Below are positions 57,135 to 60,274 of a stretch of 60,274 nucleotides of DNA, in pieces. Position 1 is the stretch's first letter. Each line of letters opens with the position of its first letter. The DNA is taken from the NCBI GenBank assembly GCA_046050405.1, contig JBJOPY010000035.1, forward strand, positions 1 to 60,274. Direction: 5' to 3'. The position numbers and the translations under genes were made by a program. Under the pieces are notes generated by a model, which saw only the letters and a list, made by a program, of their open reading frames with translations, was not told the DNA's origin and searched no databases. The DNA comes from Bacteroidota bacterium. Its GTDB lineage: Bacteria; Bacteroidota; Bacteroidia; J057; JADKCL01.

Positions 57135-57421
57135 TGGGAAACCTCCGTTCTAGAACCATTGGACACGAAAAAATCAACCTGCCATGACCGAATAGGATTG
57201 CCTTGACTTGCGGTCCTCATTTCAAACATTGGCGGGAAAGCCGAACCATGGGCAGGAGTCCCAGCCATCATATACCAGGCAGGGCCATCCGTTGTCCCGG
57301 ATGTGATTCGAAAATGTTGAAACCCAATCATTGCCACATTACCAATTCAAACACTGTTTGGCCAGACTTTGACAGCGAAACCTGCCGCAGCCAAAAATAA
57401 TGAATCATCGGGGCTTTTACC

Positions 57422-58960
57422 TCAATTTTCTTGCGAGGCACGATTTCGCCCCTTCGAGATGGCCAGCATCCCGATGAACATGATCGCCCCATTGACAGGC
57501 AGGGTCGCAAAACCCAGCCAATTTCCTGTAGAACTGTTGATAAGGAAGCAGATCATGGGTGCGGCGAGCCCCACCAATGGGACAAGCCGGTCGCGCACCT
57601 CCAGCGGGGTAAAGAGGCCAAAGGCAAACGCGCCGAGCAGTGGCCCGTAGGTGTAGGTCGCCACCTGGAAGATGGCATCGATCACCGCCATGTCGTTCAG
57701 CAAGCGGACCACGATGATCACGAGGAACGTGACCACCGACATTCCCATGTGCACCATTTGCCGGGTCCTGTTTTTGGCCTTCTGGTCAGTCCGCTGCTCG
57801 AAATCCAAGAAGTCGATGCAGAAGGAGGTCGTGAGTGCAGTCATCGCGGAGTCGGCACTGGCATAGGCAGCGGCAAACAGGCCCAGGATGAAAACAATCC
57901 CGATGCCTAGCGGCAAATAGTTGAACACCAGGAAGGGAAACAGGCGATCCGTGGATCCGGGAACCATTGCATTATTGGCTGGATCCAGGAATGTCAGCGG
58001 CGCCCCCTGGGTGGCAAACTGTTCCACCACCAGGCCATACTTTCCACCATACATGAACAGCAAAGCGCCGAGCACCAAGAAGAGGAGATTGACGAGCACC
58101 AGCACGAAACTGAAGGACAACATGTTCTTCTGAGCATCCTTCAAGGTCTTGCAGGTCAGGTTCTTTTGCATCATGTCCTGGTCGAGCCCAGTCATGGTCA
58201 TGGAGATGAACATTCCGCCCAGCAGTTGCTTGAGCCAATGCTTGGGATGTTGGACGTCAGAGATGATGACATTGGCATATTTGCTGCCAGCCACGCTGTC
58301 CCAGAGGCCATCCAGGCCGTGGATGCCCATATCCCTGGCCACAAACCAGACGCTGAATCCGGCCGCTGCGAGCAGGAAGGTTGTTTGCAGCAGATCTGTC
58401 CAGATCACCGTCTTCATCCCGCCCCTGAAGGTGAAGATCCAGATCATCAGGATCGCCAGTGCCACAGATGCAAAAAAGGGAATGTCCAGCTGCCCCAGGA
58501 CGAATTCATGCAGGACCAGGACCACCAGGAACAGGCGGATGGATGAGCCCAGGATGCGCGACAGCAGGAAGTAGGCCGAGCCTGTCTTGTAGCTCCAGAA
58601 GCCGAAGCGCTGCTCCAGGTATTTGTAGATCGAGGTCAGGTTCAGCCGGTAATAGAGCGGCATCAGTACGAGGGCGATCACGAAATAACCCATCAGATAG
58701 CCGACCACCATCACCATGTAGGCAAAGCCCTGCGTGCCCACCCACCCCGGCACGGAGATGAAGGTCACCCCGGAGATGGAGGCGCCGATCATCCCGAAGG
58801 CCACCACATACCAGGGCACCGAGCGATTGGCCCGGAAAAACGATTGTTCATCTGCCTTGCGGGAGGTGATATAAGAGAAGATGCCGAGGATCAGGAAATA
58901 GATGGCGATGAGGGCGATGCTCCAGAAGGGGTGTTCGCCGAGCCGGATGAACTGTATCAT
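57422..58960 (-). CDS. Sodium:solute symporter family transporter
   Basis: 512 aa with about 13 hydrophobic segments. It has SSF-type N-terminal motifs (..FFRANRSVPWYVVAFGMIGASISGVTFISVPG..). Confidence 0.88.
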   Translation of the reverse strand: MIQFIRLGEHPFWSIALIAIYFLILGIFSYITSRKADEQSFFRANRSVPWYVVAFGMIGASISGVTFISVPGWVGTQGFAYMVMVVGYLMGYFVIALVLMPLYYRLNLTSIYKYLEQRFGFWSYKTGSAYFLLSRILGSSIRLFLVVLVLHEFVLGQLDIPFFASVALAILMIWIFTFRGGMKTVIWTDLLQTTFLLAAAGFSVWFVARDMGIHGLDGLWDSVAGSKYANVIISDVQHPKHWLKQLLGGMFISMTMTGLDQDMMQKNLTCKTLKDAQKNMLSFSFVLVLVNLLFLVLGALLFMYGGKYGLVVEQFATQGAPLTFLDPANNAMVPGSTDRLFPFLVFNYLPLGIGIVFILGLFAAAYASADSAMTALTTSFCIDFLDFEQRTDQKAKNRTRQMVHMGMSVVTFLVIIVVRLLNDMAVIDAIFQVATYTYGPLLGAFAFGLFTPLEVRDRLVPLVGLAAPMICFLINSSTGNWLGFATLPVNGAIMFIGMLAISKGRNRASQEN

Positions 58961-59082
58961 GCTAATCGGTCTTGAGCCACCAAGGCAGGGTGTTTTTCGC
59001 TGTAAGGGCTGTTACAAATTCCCGGGCCGGGCCGGCATGGCCGGAAAAGCAGACGATGTGCCTGCCCGCCCACCCCTTGCGG

Positions 59083-60180
59083 TCAGATCAGTGCCATCCT
59101 TCCCCATCCGCCGGGGGGCAAGTGGATGCTCCCTCCGCAGACATCCATCCTGGCACCCGTGACGGAGGACAATGCATTGGGATGTCCAAGCAAGGTTTGC
59201 AGGCCCAGGAATGCGAAGACCATGGCTTCCTTGTAATCCACCAGGGCAGCCGGCAAGCGCTCGATCCGGATGCCCAGCCCTGCCACGGACTTTTGGATCT
59301 CCTCCATCAGATAGGCATTGTACGCACCCCCTCCGGTGACCATGAGGGGCAGGTCGTGCACCTGCAGATGGCGCAGGGCGACAGTGATGCGGCTGACCAC
59401 ATGCAGCACGTAGGTTTTCAGGCGATCGGGGATGGGGGAGTCGGTCGCCATGATCAAGGGGAGGCTGTGGGTGGTGAACCATTCGGAGCCCAGGCTCTTC
59501 GGTCCCTTTTGTTGGTACCACTCCAAATCCTCCAGCGCATCGTAGAGGTCGTAATCCATCTGGCCCGACCTTGCAGCATCCCCGTTCTGGTCATAAGGCT
59601 GGGCGGGATCCAGCAAGTTTGCCAGCCAGTTGAGGGCCATGTTGCAGGGCACCACATCGAAAGCCCTGTCCCCGTGGCTCAGGTTGGCAATGCCGCCAAG
59701 GTTTAAAAACAGGGAATGATCCGGGAACAGGTGGCGTTCGCCGAAGGGGACGAGGGGTGCGCCTTGGCCGCCGAGGGCCACATCCTTGTTGCGAAGGCTC
59801 GTGACCAGCAGGCAGGGAAGGTAGGAGGCGATGGTTTCACCGTCCCCGATCTGTGCAGTGAAATTTTTTTCCGGTTGATGGAAGATTGTCTGACCATGGC
59901 ACGCCGCAAACTGCGGGAGGAGTTCGTTGCGGTCGATGAAGTTGCGCAGCGTGCGACCGAGCAGGTGCCCGTAATACACATTTGTCCGAGCGTAAGCGAT
60001 GGCATCCTGCTCGTCCAGGTGCCTGAGGCGTGCGTACCACTGCTCATCGTAGGGGATGGTCTCGGCGGCCAAGAGTTCATACTTCCATCGTCCATCCTCC
60101 TCCGTGAATTCACAGTAAGCGATGTCGATTCCATCCAGCGAAGTGCCAGACATGAGACCTATGCCGGTGTAGCGTTTCAT
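59083..60180 (-). CDS. anmK: Anhydro-N-acetylmuramic acid kinase
   Basis: The ATG at 60180 gives MKRYTGIGLMSGTSLDGIDIAYCEF, the canonical AnmK N-terminus. It also has ..GGIANL.., ..DRNG.. -like and ..GGGAYN.. motifs. Confidence 0.9.
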   Translation of the reverse strand: MKRYTGIGLMSGTSLDGIDIAYCEFTEEDGRWKYELLAAETIPYDEQWYARLRHLDEQDAIAYARTNVYYGHLLGRTLRNFIDRNELLPQFAACHGQTIFHQPEKNFTAQIGDGETIASYLPCLLVTSLRNKDVALGGQGAPLVPFGERHLFPDHSLFLNLGGIANLSHGDRAFDVVPCNMALNWLANLLDPAQPYDQNGDAARSGQMDYDLYDALEDLEWYQQKGPKSLGSEWFTTHSLPLIMATDSPIPDRLKTYVLHVVSRITVALRHLQVHDLPLMVTGGGAYNAYLMEEIQKSVAGLGIRIERLPAALVDYKEAMVFAFLGLQTLLGHPNALSSVTGARMDVCGGSIHLPPGGWGRMALI

Positions 60181-60274
60181 TTTTCGTTGGCGGGGATGAG
60201 GGCGTCGTAGGAAAAGTCGACATCCTTCTTGGAGCCCTTTTCCAGTGAAAACTTCCAAACCAGTGACTTGATGC
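60177..60274 (-). CDS. 3' end of an unidentified CDS truncated by the window edge
   Basis: The minus-strand frame reads ..IKSLVWKFSLEKGSKKDVDFSYDALIPANEK*. Its TGA overlaps the anmK ATG (ATGA), which suggests coupling. Too short to identify. Confidence 0.35.
   Translation of the reverse strand, partial: IKSLVWKFSLEKGSKKDVDFSYDALIPANEK

Noticed and set aside
56133-57206. A 357-aa plus-strand ORF lies opposite dxs.
   Set aside because: It is an antisense shadow of an unambiguous dxs gene.
1-60274. I searched by eye for tRNA, rRNA, tmRNA, RNase P RNA, SRP RNA, common riboswitch cores (TPP upstream of thiE and dxs, SAM, cobalamin) and CRISPR arrays.
   Set aside because: I saw no T-arm GGTTCGA-type contexts outside CDSs, no conserved ncRNA cores and no identical spaced repeats. 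This is a manual scan only. Infernal/tRNAscan-SE should confirm it.

Overview
This is a 60.3-kb, densely packed chromosomal window. GC content looks moderately high but was not computed. Gene content (type III glutamine synthetase, ClpS, TlpA-like redoxin, MORN/YwqK repeats, an OmpA/TolB-like protein, a LysM-SLT transglycosylase, a Bacteroidota-style LpxH homologue), mostly Shine-Dalgarno-less starts and three TTG..TAnnTTTG promoter-like motifs point to a Bacteroidota genome. That assignment is inference only. I support about 58 protein-coding genes, most of them housekeeping: argS, tyrS, a purM-like gene, rpmH-rnpA-yidD, rsgA, clpS, lpd, glnN, rsfS, birA, coaX, nadK, thiE, dxs and anmK. There is also a TolC/MFP/MacB-type permease efflux cluster. 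rpmH (52 aa) is real but too short to appear in the supplied ORF track. I found no rRNA, tRNA or CRISPR array. The only mobile-element trace is a short ISL3-type transposase N-terminal relic. Many long ORFs in the track are antisense shadows of GC3-rich genes and are rejected. The standout is a 616-codon ORF (42504-44354) made of about 25 degenerate, in-frame 15-residue H-x-x-L-N repeats. It is extremely basic, its 3' half carries a Cys/His sub-block, and it ends in an unrecognised globular domain. I cannot place it in any family. Secondary oddities: a tightly coupled three-gene operon of unusual fusions (RPE-like barrel+CBS, type Ibeta DAHP synthase, XRE-HTH+KdsC); a beta-barrel protein interrupted by a ~140-residue coiled-coil insert; a possibly frameshifted small gene coupled to nadK; and several unexplained long intergenic gaps.
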